Below, in pieces: positions 26,877-39,256 of a DNA stretch of 64,000 nt. This stretch comes from Podarcis bocagei (lineage: Eukaryota). The stretch is from the NCBI GenBank assembly GCA_964188305.1, contig OZ076888.1; one strand, written 5' to 3'. The stretch's first letter is position 1. Each line of letters begins with the position of its first letter. The notes beneath the pieces are model-generated. The model searched no databases. It was not told the origin of the DNA and saw only the letters and a list, made by a program, of their open reading frames with translations. The position numbers were made by a program, and so were the translations under genes.

Positions 26877-28644
26877 GCATTCTCTCATTCGTAGATGCTC
26901 TAATCTTTCAAAGATAACAAATATATTTGAGTACCGATCGTGCGAATGACAAAAGAAAGTTTTGTTAGCAACAAGAAAACACAACAGAGAGATAATCTTT
27001 CTCACTTCCTCCATCAGATAACCCTTGCGAGATCGTTCAATTATGAATACAAAAAGGGAAAGAGTTGGTGGCAATAACAACACCCCAATGATGCTAAATT
27101 ACTGCAACAAATTATTCATGCCATCATCCCTTAATTCGTCCTGCTTGACCTTTAAGCCTCATTGTGTGTTTCCATTTTAGAACACTTGCTGCTGAGCTGA
27201 GGCCATGTCCTCTTTGGACGAGCACAGACTTTAACTGGGGAACAGGGGTGCTGAGCATACCAAGTAGGAGAGAGCAATAACAGAGTGCAACTCTTTAGCA
27301 CGGTGCCAGGGCAAAGAGTTCTTCGTAAGGCCTCCCCCTCATATGAAGCCCATTTGAAAAAGTTATGCCAGACAACTGGTTCACACATGCATGTTCCCTA
27401 CTGGGTAGGGATTTGAAGAGAAAGTCAATTCAGTTTGCATTTATAGGCAGATCTATGAAACCCACACTTTCAAAAACTATATGAGAACCAAAACACAGCC
27501 ATTCTTTTGAAAGGTGCACTTATCCGAATTTGCAATGCAATTCTCAAAAAAACAAACCAGTGTTTACAAAAATACACAGGATTCAGAGAAAGCCTGTTCA
27601 CACGCTATAGCTTTAAATCACAGTCAAAGGACCTTCTTTCCCTCGCAGAATTCTGAGCACTGTAGCTTACACCAAAGAAAGTTACAATTCCCACCAAACC
27701 TTAACAAACGACAGTGCCCAGAATTCTTTGTGCAAAAGAATGTGATTCAAAAGTGCTTTAAAGGTATCGTGTGTACTCAGTCTTAGTCTAACGCCTCTCA
27801 CAGACTGAAAGGAAGTATCCCTATTTTCTAAGGACAGTCCCAGATCTACAGAAGCCATCCTAGTTTCTGATTTGATCCTGGAATGTCCTGCTTTTCCTTA
27901 GGATGTCTCTTTTTTCATCAGATAAATGTTGGAGGGGACACCACTGACACCACCTTTTTGTTTGATTTACTCTTGCACTAGTGGAGTTGCCCTGGTGCAA
28001 GGCTATGGCAAAATAACTGTAATATTTAGTTGGCATGGATCCCACATGCAGGAATATCTTAGTGCTCTGCCTCCTATCCTCATCCAACAGCATTAGTGCC
28101 AGACTGGGTGCCATTATCAGAAATTTTATTGGGTTTCTGAACGCCAGAAGTTGGAACACAGAAGGGGAAGTTTCATGTCCTTGCATTGGTGCATTTGAAT
28201 TTTCTCAACTGTATATATTCCACTCTGATTTTAATGGAAGGTGGGTTGTTTTTATTTTTTTTGCATTGAACTGTATGTTTAAAAAGTCCCTGTTTAAATC
28301 CTGTATGCCTCCTTAAAAATGTAGACGTAGCTATTTCACTGTATCCATATTCAAAAACATATAAATTATTCAACTACAATGGTATTTCATTTTTGAAACT
28401 CTGTTGCTTTTTCTTTTGTTGTCTTCTGGTTGTACTATATATTGTTCTAACAATCTGGATATAAATATTTATGTATTCCCATAATACGTAGTTACAGACT
28501 CCGAAAGTCCAATGTAATTTGTAATTATAACAAACATTCAGTATTGAGCATATACATTTACTTCCAATTGTAAAAACTTCCCCAAACTTTCTATTGTTGA
28601 AATATTTAATTTATAAAGTTTATAAAATTATGCATGGAAAAATT

Positions 28645-28790
28645 AAGGAGAAAGTGGATAGAGAGGTTTTCCTCCCTCTCTCCTAACATTAGAACTTGTG
28701 GACATTCAATGAAGCTGAGTGTTCAAAGATTCAGGGCAGATTAAAGAAAGCAATTTAAACTATGACAGTTGCTCCCATAGGAGGCAGAGA
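28645..28790 (+). mobile_element. CR1 LINE ORF2 3' fragment
   Basis: agaacttgtggacattcaatgaagctg resembles the CR1 TRGH..KL motif region. Confidence 0.5.
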
Positions 28791-29208
28791 GTCACAATTT
28801 GTCCAAACGCTCATTTCTTTAAGCATGCACAGATAGTCTCAGAAGAGGCATGTACCCACCTCACATATTGCAAGGTATAGCATGGATGTTGTTGGTGCTC
28901 TTGTTATTTTTTTGCAGGAGGAAAGCACAATGTGTGACCCACCAGGCAGCCTATAGAAAGGCATGTATTTTGTGACCCTGGTGCTCCACCATACATGGCT
29001 GCTGGTGGCCTGCATTTGGCTTTGGACATCAGAAGCTGAGTTGGTCTGACCTAAAGTGTGAAGTTCCTATGATGCTTATTATATTTTTCATTCCAGCTCT
29101 CCAACAGGATCACTAGGCAAAGGAAGAACATTTCACTAGCTTTCATTTTCCTAAAGCATATTGGCTTTTATAAAGCAATGTGAAATTAAACTCCCCTGTT
29201 ACTTACTA

Positions 29209-29450
29209 CAGTGGTACCTCAGGTTAAGAACTTAATTCATTCCGGAGGTCCGTTCTTAACCTGAAACTGTTCTTAAGCTGAGGTACCACTTTAGCTAATG
29301 GGGCCTCCCGCTGCTGCCGGACCGCCGGAGCATGATTTCTGTTCTCATCCTGAAGCAAAGTTCTTAACCTGAGGTACTATTTCTGGGTTAGCGGAGTCTG
29401 GAACCTGAAGCATCTGGAACCTAAAGCGTCTTGAACCCGAGGTACCACTG
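29209..29450 (+). mobile_element. Tigger-like MITE, family B
   Basis: Same TIRs and TA TSD as 14859-15100. Confidence 0.9.
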
Positions 29451-30979
29451 TACCCACTTCTTGCCAGTTTCCTGTGCATTCCCCCCTCACTTTCTTTACC
29501 TACCCTTTCCCCTTTATCTTCCTGGGTGTTTTCCCAGTTCATAGTATAACTCCCAAAGCTACATCTGTCTCTTAGAGTGTGTGGGTTTTTAATCCCAGCC
29601 AAACTGACAGTGGTCCTTTCCCTCCCAGAAGTTAACAGATTTGTTTCCTGAGCACTCAAAATGCCTGTGACACATTCCATGCCATCTCATCACCTCATCC
29701 AATCAAGAGAATAGATTTTACTGCCAGAAGTGCAATATAATATAGATGGAATTGATGGATCTAAGAGAAGCTCAGTATGTTGCCATAGCAATCAACTGTC
29801 AGAGAGGAAGGCAGAAGAACAAAATATTATGTATCAACACAGCTGCCTGCATTTTTTATTTTTTGCTTTCTTTGTGGGTGTGGCTCCTGCACTCCAAAAT
29901 TTACCACAACACCACTGATCAGAGCTCCTTATCAAATACATACTTTCCCCCCGAAGGAAAATGATTTTAGCCCAGTCCTGAAAACAAGCTTCGTAGTAAT
30001 ACTGAGCTATGGATTGACTTCCTGCCCCCATGGACACCTTCCCCTCTAAATAAACACAGTGGTAATTTTCATTAAGGCTGTAGTGAAATTTTCTTTTCTT
30101 GTCTCTGAAAAGGTGGGCAGGTTTTTGACCTTCTTTGCTAAACTTTTCGCATTTGTAAATGAGTTTTAACTATCTCTGTTTTCCTGCCAGCTACTAAGGC
30201 ATGGGGTGATCTAATCAGTGCACTGGATGTGAGGTAAAGAGTGAGGTTTCTAGTAACACCAGCCATGTAATAGCCCCCTAATTCCACCATTTTTCACTTT
30301 ACCAATGAAATCTTGTTACATCCCTTTTCATTCAACATCTTTGTTTAGCCAAACTCAGATGATAAAGACGCTTAGTTTTTGAAGGGTTTGGTTCCTCTCT
30401 ATTCCTTTTGCAATGGTGATGTGACTATTCTCAGTTTCATCATTTCTTCTTCATTTTTCTTTTCTCTGGATTGTGTGCTGCCAGGACTGTGGAGGTGGAA
30501 AAGTATCAGAGGCGCTTGCTTACCTTGGCAGGTGCTGCTGCTGTTTCATGGAAAAAGGAGGGCAAGATGACAGGAAGGGTGGTGCAGTGCAAATACACCA
30601 GCTTTTGGGGGGCAGGGGGGAGAGAGAATAAACCTCCTTTCTCTCTAGCACCGCAGCCCTGATTCCCCCAAAAGCTAGGTTTTTTAAATGTAAAGACATG
30701 GAGCTTGAGTCAAGAGTATGCAAGCAACCCCAGTGGTGTATGTGTGTCATTCTAGGGACACAAATGGAGCAAATGGCAATCTAGGAGGTGTGCTGCTGTG
30801 CTGTAGAGGTTTCTGGGTTGCAATTCATGGACTGTGATGATCCCCATGGTCCGAAAATTGCAGCTGTCTATCCTGCCTTTGACTTTGGGAAATGGGCCTG
30901 GTGGCGCACCTTTTTGGGGAGCCTAAATACTTTGGGGTCTTCTCCTAGTGGCCTCATTATCTGCTGACACTGGCAGGCC

Positions 30980-31355
30980 CCTCTGTTAACATGTAAGCCA
31001 GAATTTTTCCAAATAAAGGGAGCAAGCGTGTTTAAGTTCATGGAATTCTGTTCATAAAATGCCATTTCTATCCATAATTCAGAGCTTTGATGAATTAAAA
31101 AGAATTCAGATAATTGCCAAATTTCCATATTGATAGGAAGATGGGGTGTATGGGAATACAATAACATAAATGGGAATACGAGCTTTCCATTAAAATGGAA
31201 ATTGGGCAATTATCTGAATTATCTTTAATTCATCAAGTTTTGAATTACAGATAGAAATGACTTTTTTTAAAAAAAAGAAAAAAGTATATAAAAACGTTAA
31301 GCTCTTAAATGTACCATTCCTTTTATTTTGAACAAGCTGGCTCACTGTCAAGAGA
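30980..31355. repeat. Ancient degenerate inverted repeat
   Basis: 31061-31140 pairs with 31183-31262; weaker outer complementarity. Confidence 0.75.
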
Positions 31356-31873
31356 CGCTTTAGACCATTTAGCCTTTACTCATTACCAGTCACATTCACC
31401 CACTTTATTCACAGAAGGAGTTGTGCTTTCAAGTGAAGCAGAAAGAAACTAAAACTATCCCTGGTGTAGGTGGCATTACATTAAGGGATCATTCACACAA
31501 GAAATTTTCCATTTAGCAACTCAGCAAGTAACCAGCAATCAAGTAGTGATTGCTTTCCTAGGCTATATTTCGCAAATAACAGGACCGTTTTTCAGGTCAA
31601 TCCTAGCGCTGAGACTGAGGAACCAAGCCAAGTCTGCCTTCACCCTGCCCTGATTGCCTAGGGGCCTAGGAATACCAATATGCGAGACACGATTATTGGG
31701 GGTCAAACAAGAGCTACAAGTTTGCTGATAACACACAGCAACTTACTTGACTCAGGAGTAAGGCCTATTTAATTCAGTGTGGGACTCAACCCACAAAAGG
31801 AGTGGGGAATCCTTTTCACCCTGAAGAGCGCATTGCGTTCTGCGCAAGCTCGATCCAGTGTACCTGAAGTATA

Positions 31874-32288
31874 CCTAAACGGCCTCAGTCCAGTCTACCT
31901 GAAGGAACGTCTCCACTCCCATCATTCTGCCCGGACACTGAGGTCCAGCGCCGAGGGCCTTCTGGCGGTTCCCTCCCTGCGAGAAGCCAAGTTACAGGGA
32001 ACCAGGCAGAAGGCCTTCTCGGTAGTGGCACCCTCCTGTGGAACGCCCTCCTACCAGATGTCAAAGAGAACAACTACCAGATTTTTAGAAGACATCTGAA
32101 GGCAGCCCTCTTTAGGGAAGCTTTTAATGTTTAACAGACTACTGTATTTTAATACTTTTTTGCAAGCCACCCAGAGTGGCTGGGGAAACCCAGCCAGCCA
32201 GATGGACGGGGTATAAATAATAAATTCTATTCTATTCTATTCTATTCTATTCTATTCTATTCTATTCTATTCTATTCTATTCTATTCT
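31874..32288 (+). mobile_element. L2 LINE 3' fragment with (TTCTA)n tail
   Basis: Peptide LNGLSPVYLKERLHSHHSARTLRSS; same family as 8102-8565. Confidence 0.88.
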
Positions 32289-32368
32289 GAGGGCCACGTT
32301 GCCAGTGATGGGCGTGGCCAGAGGCAAAAGGGTAGAGCAATGAATGTATATTTTATCTTTGTACAGTA

Positions 32369-32758
32369 AAGGTAAAAAGAAAAGAGTAAAGGACCCCTGG
32401 ATGGTTAAGTCCAGTCAAAGGCGACTATGGGTTTGTGGCATTCATCTCGCTTTCAGGCCAAGAGAGCTGACGTTTGTCCACAGACAGCTTTCCGGGTCAT
32501 GTGGCCAGCATGACTAAACCACTTCTGGTGCAACGGAGCACTGTGACAGAAACCAGAGTGCATGGAAACGTTGTTTACCTTTCTTCCCACCACAGCAGAA
32601 CCTATTTATCTACATGCACTGGTGTGCTTTCGAACTGCTAGGTTGGCAGGAGCTAGAACAGAGTAATGGGAGCTCACCCTGTTGTGGGGATTTGAACCAC
32701 CAAACTTCTGATCGGCAAGCACAAGAGGCTCAGTGGTTTACACCACAGTGCCACACAC
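32369..32758 (-). mobile_element. Sauria SINE (diverged subfamily)
   Basis: Core shared with the other copies; 8-bp TSD GTACAGTA. Confidence 0.85.
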
Positions 32759-35089
32759 GTACAGTAGCCTAATATCTGCAGATGCACACACTCCCTTCTC
32801 CATGCTCCATCCAGGCAAGCAAGAGGCGTTCACAGAGGTCAAGGACAACAACACTTCAGGAGGATCTGAAGCTGTGGCCTGGGGGTGGGGAAGAGTATGA
32901 CTGAGGAGGGAGAGAGGATGTGGCCTGGAGAGAGTAGTAAAGGTCAGTTAGAGAGGCCTGGAGGGACGCATTTCCCCCCTGCGTGAGAGTCCCCACCCTG
33001 GAGGTTTAGGATTGAATTCTTTAAAGCAGGGGCAGACTTTGGTCTTCAAATTTCAGCTGCACCCTGTATGAGACCAAAATTTGGCATGCCCTCCCACTTC
33101 TGCTCTGCTCAATTCACTGTGTCATAGTTGCGGTGATCCACAGCACCCCTTAGGCTCAGTTCCCAGTACGGCAAAATTGGTCACGCTGCCCTAAATCCTC
33201 CTCTGCTTAAAGGTTATCCCGTATGCTGATTTTTATGATCTTAACTGTTAGCTCTCAAATTCCCAGTGTCAGATGCCTTCTCACTGCCTCTCTCCAACTT
33301 AGCTTAGCGTGAATTCAGCCCAACTCAGAGTCCAGTATCAGTGCAAGACCTGATTCTGACTCATCTGAGTGACAGCATGAGATATATTATTTAGTGAATC
33401 ATCCATCCGGTGGACCTTCACTCATTGGTCTTCCAACATCTGCTGAGTCACCAGTTTGCCCAGTTCCCACACTCATTTTTGGTTCCCATACATTTCGTAC
33501 TCTCAGGGGCTGTGGTGGAGTATCCTAAAAACCGTCACTAGCTCATGAATGCAGGTCAGGTTGCAACAGCAGCAGCAACAGTTTAAAATGTTGGCTATTA
33601 CAATTTTGAATTATGACATTTTTGCCAGATTTTCAGTGTGCATTCAGTTTGTTTCCAGCTGTACTGTATCCTTTCTGAGAGAGAGTCTCAGGGTGTATAT
33701 GCACTAACGACTTAACTAATTTCACAGCCACTTTCAACTCCGACAGCTTGCATCAAGGACTGATTTTCGCAAGGGAGCTGCTCTGCCATGTACAAAACAG
33801 GGGTGTGCTTTTTAAAATGGAATTTTATTTTGAAATAAAGGTCAGAATACAGGAAACAAAAGGGAAGTATATACACCACCCTTGTAGGACTGCTCTAAGA
33901 CTGACAGAGCCAAACAAGGCCAGGGAATTGATCTGCAGAGGCTTTCCTCTGCTTCTCTTTAATGCCACCTGAAAGGATATTCCCAGCACAAAACCTTAGG
34001 TGAAGAGCAGGCATAAATAACATAGGTCCAGTAACACAGGCGTAAGTAACACTAAAGTAAAGTTTAATTAGAGCTGACCTGATTGCTCTTAATCCTGGGT
34101 TCCATGGGGTATTGCTTGTAAAAATGGGCTTATTTGTAGGCAATATTGCAACCAGAATTCTGTGCATTAGGAGAAATGCCCTCCAAAATGTTCATGAGGA
34201 CTTTTTGTAAAACAAGTAAATCACAAAGTATATGCAAGAATGTGGAAAACTGAACTTAATATTGGAAAAATGAAAAATGGAGAAAGTGAAATTAACAGAT
34301 TCATCCATCCCTGTCTAGGATTCTTGAAGAGAAAGCAAGGCAATTAGAGTGGTATAAAACAGAGTTTATAACGTAGATAGTTATGTTGTCCTTGTTAAAA
34401 TTTGATCTTCAGAATCAAAGTGACATTGTTCATGCTGTTTGATGATCTTATATTTCCTGCCTCTGACCTGCCAAAAGATGCCAACAGATGGTGAAAAATT
34501 AATGGAATAAAGCATCTGTTTCACTCTTTAATATGCTCTAGTCTTGATGGTAGTTAAGTGCTTTGTTCCTCTTCCGCTTTTCTCTTCTTGTCCCTCATTC
34601 CTGCTAATGACACCTAAAGAGAATAACGTGGAACTAACACTGGGATACCCTTGCAGCAGCATCCAAGCCGTTGATCAGCTAATCCCTATGAATTCCTCAG
34701 GTCAGTCAAAGACGAGACCTGAGAAGCTGAATTACTATGCTGGGAATCCTATTGTGCTAACTTAATTTATGTCTTGATTTTTGCACAATTTCCCCAAAAC
34801 TACAGGGGGTGAAATAGCAGGTCTGGAGAAAAGTAGCTTTCACAAGTTAGAAAAGAAAAAAGCATTGAGATGCCAGACAGCTGGGCTTATGTGAATTAGG
34901 GTGAATTGATCTATCCTTCTCTCCCTGCCTAATTCTCAGAAACTAGAACCATCATGGGATTCTAAAAAGAAGAGTCAAAAGCATCGCAAGAAATGGATGT
35001 GTAACAGGCAATTCAGTTCAGTTTTCATCACCATATAAGCCTTGATTTTTGCAGCATGATCCCCATGGAGCTAAGCTGTTGGAAGGAGC

Positions 35090-35090
35090 T

Positions 35091-35121
<31 letters not shown>

Positions 35122-35126
35122 CGCGC
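35090..35126. repeat. (TG)n(CG)n alternating purine-pyrimidine tract
   Basis: Visible directly. Confidence 0.9.
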
Positions 35127-38005
35127 TTACCATGCCCAGAAAGCTGACTTCCTTGAAAGCTTGCAGTACAATCCAGTGGGGAGTTCTCCTGTAAAAACCA
35201 AATGAATGCAAGAGAATCGCTGTGCACTTCTGCTGCCCCCATCCATTTCCCTGGACCTTGCGCAGGAAAACCTCCCAGCAGATTGTGCTGATGTTGGTTT
35301 CTTCTCATGATCAGTTTCCACAGGGAATGGGATCTAGTGCTTAGGGAATGCAAAAGTCAGGGAGTGATTCGCATCCTCCAAGTGTCCTGATTTTCCAGGG
35401 ACAGTCCCAGAATTACAGAAGCTGTCCTGGTTTCTGATTTGATCCTGGAATGTCCCGCTTTTCACTGGAGGAATGTTGGAGAGTATGGCATAGGGTGTCC
35501 CTATTTTCATTGGAGTAATGTTGGAGATGATGGTAATGAGGGGGGCCAGACAGAATCCACAATTGCTTTCTTAGAGCCAAACTGTATATGCACTTAAATA
35601 TTAGCTATCCATCTTTTTTCCCTTAACTAATTGCAGGGGGGAACCTGTTCTCACTTTAAGACAAAGAACAAAGCAGAGCCCTTCCAGTGAATCATCCAGC
35701 CCAGTATACTGGTGTGGTGCATACTTCTGAGGAAGTATACAACAGTCAGCTAGTGGTAGGACCCCGAAGAAGACTCCAAGGAAAAGATGCTTTAGATCAG
35801 CCTTTGTTACCTGCTGCCCTCCAGATACTTTAGACCATAACTCCCATTTTTCTAGAAAAAAAAGCACTGGTTGTAGTCCAAAACATCTGGAGGGCATCTA
35901 GTTGGCAAAGGCTGTTTTAAACTCTAGGAGTGTGTAACAGAGCTAACAGGGCAGTCTGCCTCCTGTAAATATTTCTTAACTTCTGGAAGTCAACTCTCAT
36001 TAGAGCAACTGATAGATTTTTCTTATAAGGAACATCATTGCAGGGAGAAGGCAAAGCAAACTTAAGAATTAATTGAGGTTGAAGGGACAAGTCTGCAATA
36101 TGTTGGAGAGTTTAGCAAACATGGTTTCCCAAGAGCACAGATCTCCCACAACCTTATGGAAATTGCAAGGTATTTGTTTTTTGTTTCTTTAAAAAAACAT
36201 ATATAGGCCAGCCTTTTCAAGCTGTTTCCCCACATTCCTCCTGAGAGTGTTCTTCAGGATTTAGCTGGGCATTCATTAAACAAAATTCTGAGGAAATGAA
36301 TGGGGATTGGGAGAAACCCACGGGATTAAGGCAAATAGACATTTTGCATCAATTATGACACTCCCCCCCCCCACCTGCAAAGGCCTGGGGTGCTGACAGG
36401 AATGGCAAGAATGGTGGTTAGAGTTGAGATGTTGGCTAATGCTGAGACTTCACATTTAGTCACATAAAACCATAAGTGTTCTAACATGCACTATTGGTAA
36501 GGTATTGTGTATAGGACAATGATGTTTTTCTAGCATTTATTGAACCCAAAGAAATAGCCAGCCTTCTGTGGAGGGCAGACTTTTGCAGAGTAAATAAGCA
36601 GAGCATATAACCAGGTGGTGAAAAGCCATTGATGCTATGCCACAGTGGAGGCAATCAGGCTCACAAAGTTATATTTGGTATGAGAAGAAGGATGTTACAA
36701 GCTTATCCCTATTCTCATCTGTGAAATATTCAATAGTTTGCTATTCTGGACGCTGCCTTAAGGCTGGCGGTTTACCTGACCAGCATTCCAGATTTGTCTC
36801 TTGTTGCTGCTGCAATTGACTGATTTGAGGACATAATTTGGTGATTTAAATAAGGACTTTCGGATGACTCCAGCTGAACATTCTAATAAGAACATATAAA
36901 AATTAATGTGCAAAATAACCAAATCCATCAAAAACCCGCTGCTCTAATTTTGAATGTAAATGAGTTTGGAAGATGAAAGACTGAAGGGTGCCGTCATCAA
37001 CATCTCCACTCCTCCATGCTCATTTGCACACTCTGATATAGTCGTGTTCATGGTAATTTGCATATCCTTCTATATAACATGCTTGGGTGAAACTAACAGA
37101 GTGCATGAAATCAAGCTTCAAAGATCCCATCCTCAGTGCAAGGGCCCTTGGAAGTTGCCCCCAGCCCCTCTGGCAGTATTTGTCAGCACCATTACTCACG
37201 CTTCTCGGAGCTAAATTAAATGCTGACCTGAAATTTATATGCTCAGGTTCTGCTGCAGCTAACGGAGCCATCAGATCCGGCTGTCCATCAACATATGTCA
37301 GAGGATGCCATCTTTAGGAAAGGACACAGGAAGCTGTCTTATAATGAGTCTGACCATTGGTGCCTCTAGCTTAGTACTGTCCACAGTGATTTGGAGTGGC
37401 TCTCTGCGGTTTCATGAAGGAGTCTCTTCCAGCTCTACCTGGAAGGTTTGGAAGGTTGCCAGGTTAACTGGGTGTGAGGTGACAGGAAAACAGAGTTTTT
37501 AGTTGGTTGGAAAATCTGGGATCCATCTTGGGCAGGCTGGCTAAGGTGCCTTGGACTCAAGGGCTGTACTGCTGTCGGGGGCAAGGCCCTCTTGAAATGA
37601 CCATTCTGCCAGATCTGGACTCCTTCCATGTAGACTGAAGGTGTAAATAGGTGAATAAACCATATTTCTTAAAGCTACAACAACCTCCACTCTGTCTCAG
37701 TTCTCCAAAGGAACACAGACCCCAGGTAAGTGCCTGGAACCCGCAGGAGTCTTGCAGAGAGTGGGGGTGGTACACAGCTTTTGTAATTGCATGTTTGTAT
37801 GCACTGGTTGGAGAATTGCATCAGACATTTCAAAGCACTGTGACTTTTGAAGGATAGGTGTGTTTGAGCTTGTGCATTGGTTCAAGAAGTAGGAATTGGG
37901 TGGTTACTCATTAAAACTCAAATGAAATTGCATTTCTTGCCCGTCTGTAATCTGGAGTGAGCTGTTTGCTTTGTATTAGAAAAGGACCCATAGAGAGGAC
38001 TGGAC

Positions 38006-38280
38006 TTTTCCTAACATGCTTACCAAACACCACTGCTTATGAATAATATTCCAGCCTGAAAATACCAAACCTAGCCTGAAATCCTATGCCTGCTTGACTC
38101 TGGGAGTAAGGCCTACTGAGCACAATGAAACCCGTTGCAAACCTTTGCTTGTTGATAACAGACCTTTTCCTAACACACTTACCAAATGTTGCTGCTTGGT
38201 AATAATATTCTAGCCTGAAAATACTGAACTAAGGCTGCAATCTTATTCACACTTTCCTCTGGGAAGAAGGTCTGACTTCT
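38006..38280. repeat. Diverged local tandem duplication (~160-bp period)
   Basis: ttttcctaaca..cttaccaaa..aataatatt(c/t).agcctgaaaatac occurs at 38006 and 38165. Confidence 0.7.
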
Positions 38281-38923
38281 AAATAACATGCATAGTACTG
38301 GGATGTGCTTTAAATATCTATTTTTACAAAGGTGGGAGCAATGGACACTATTGGCTTTAATAGAACTTGCAGCCCAATATTGAATATGTTTACATGGAAG
38401 TTGGTATCCTAACGACTGCAGTTTTTTCTGGAATGAAGAAAAATGGTAATATTGTGGCTGGGAACATTTAATCCGACTGGCAATGTGCTGCTTGGAGTCA
38501 ATGGAATTGTATTTCTTGAAATGGCTGACCATTCAACAAGGTTGAACCGGAAGAAGAGAAGGAAAAACAAGGAAAAATAGTTTGCTGCAAAGCTATCAGT
38601 AAAAGCTGGCAACAAGAAGATAAGTGTCAACTTTTATGCAATGAGACATGGTTGTTAAGGGATGGCTAAGCAAGAGCTTTTATTCTGCGTCACCATCATT
38701 ATTTCAAACATACGGGTGGCAGTTTAGCGTATAATTATTTGCATTTGAGTCCTACTGAGATGGAGGACATTGCATGGGCAAGGCTGAAACCTTATGCACG
38801 TGGATTATAGATTAAATCCCAATGAAGTTACTAGGATATATGCCTTAGTAAACATGCTGCACTTGTTCCAGACTGTAGCCGTGGCATTTCTCTAGGAATG
38901 AGCCCTGTTTTGAGCATAAGTTG

Positions 38924-38979
38924 CCATATGAAAAAAGGAGTGTTGCAAATCAATTTGAAACACTCCTTTTTTCATATGG
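38924..38979. repeat. 56-bp near-perfect palindrome
   Basis: CCATATGAAAAAAGGAGTGTT-g-CAAAT-ca-ATTTG-a-AACACTCCTTTTTTCATATGG. Confidence 0.9.
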
Positions 38980-39077
38980 AACAGATCATACATCCTGATG
39001 AGGATTGACATATCCACTGTTGCCAATATGTCCACCCCATAATAAGCACATGATCTTTGGAAGCACGTCATCTAATG

Positions 39078-39215
39078 CTTTTAGAAGACATCTGAAGGCA
39101 GCCCTGTTTAGGGAAGCTTTTAATGTTTAATAGACTTGCATTTTAATATTCCACCCAGAGTGGCTGGGGAAACCCAGCCAGATGGGCGTGGTATTATTAT
39201 TATTATTATTATTAT

Positions 39216-39255
<40 letters not shown>
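39078..39255 (+). mobile_element. L2 3' terminus with (ATT)n(AGT)n tail
   Basis: Matches the 3' end of 31874-32288. Confidence 0.85.
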
Positions 39256-39256
<1 letters not shown>

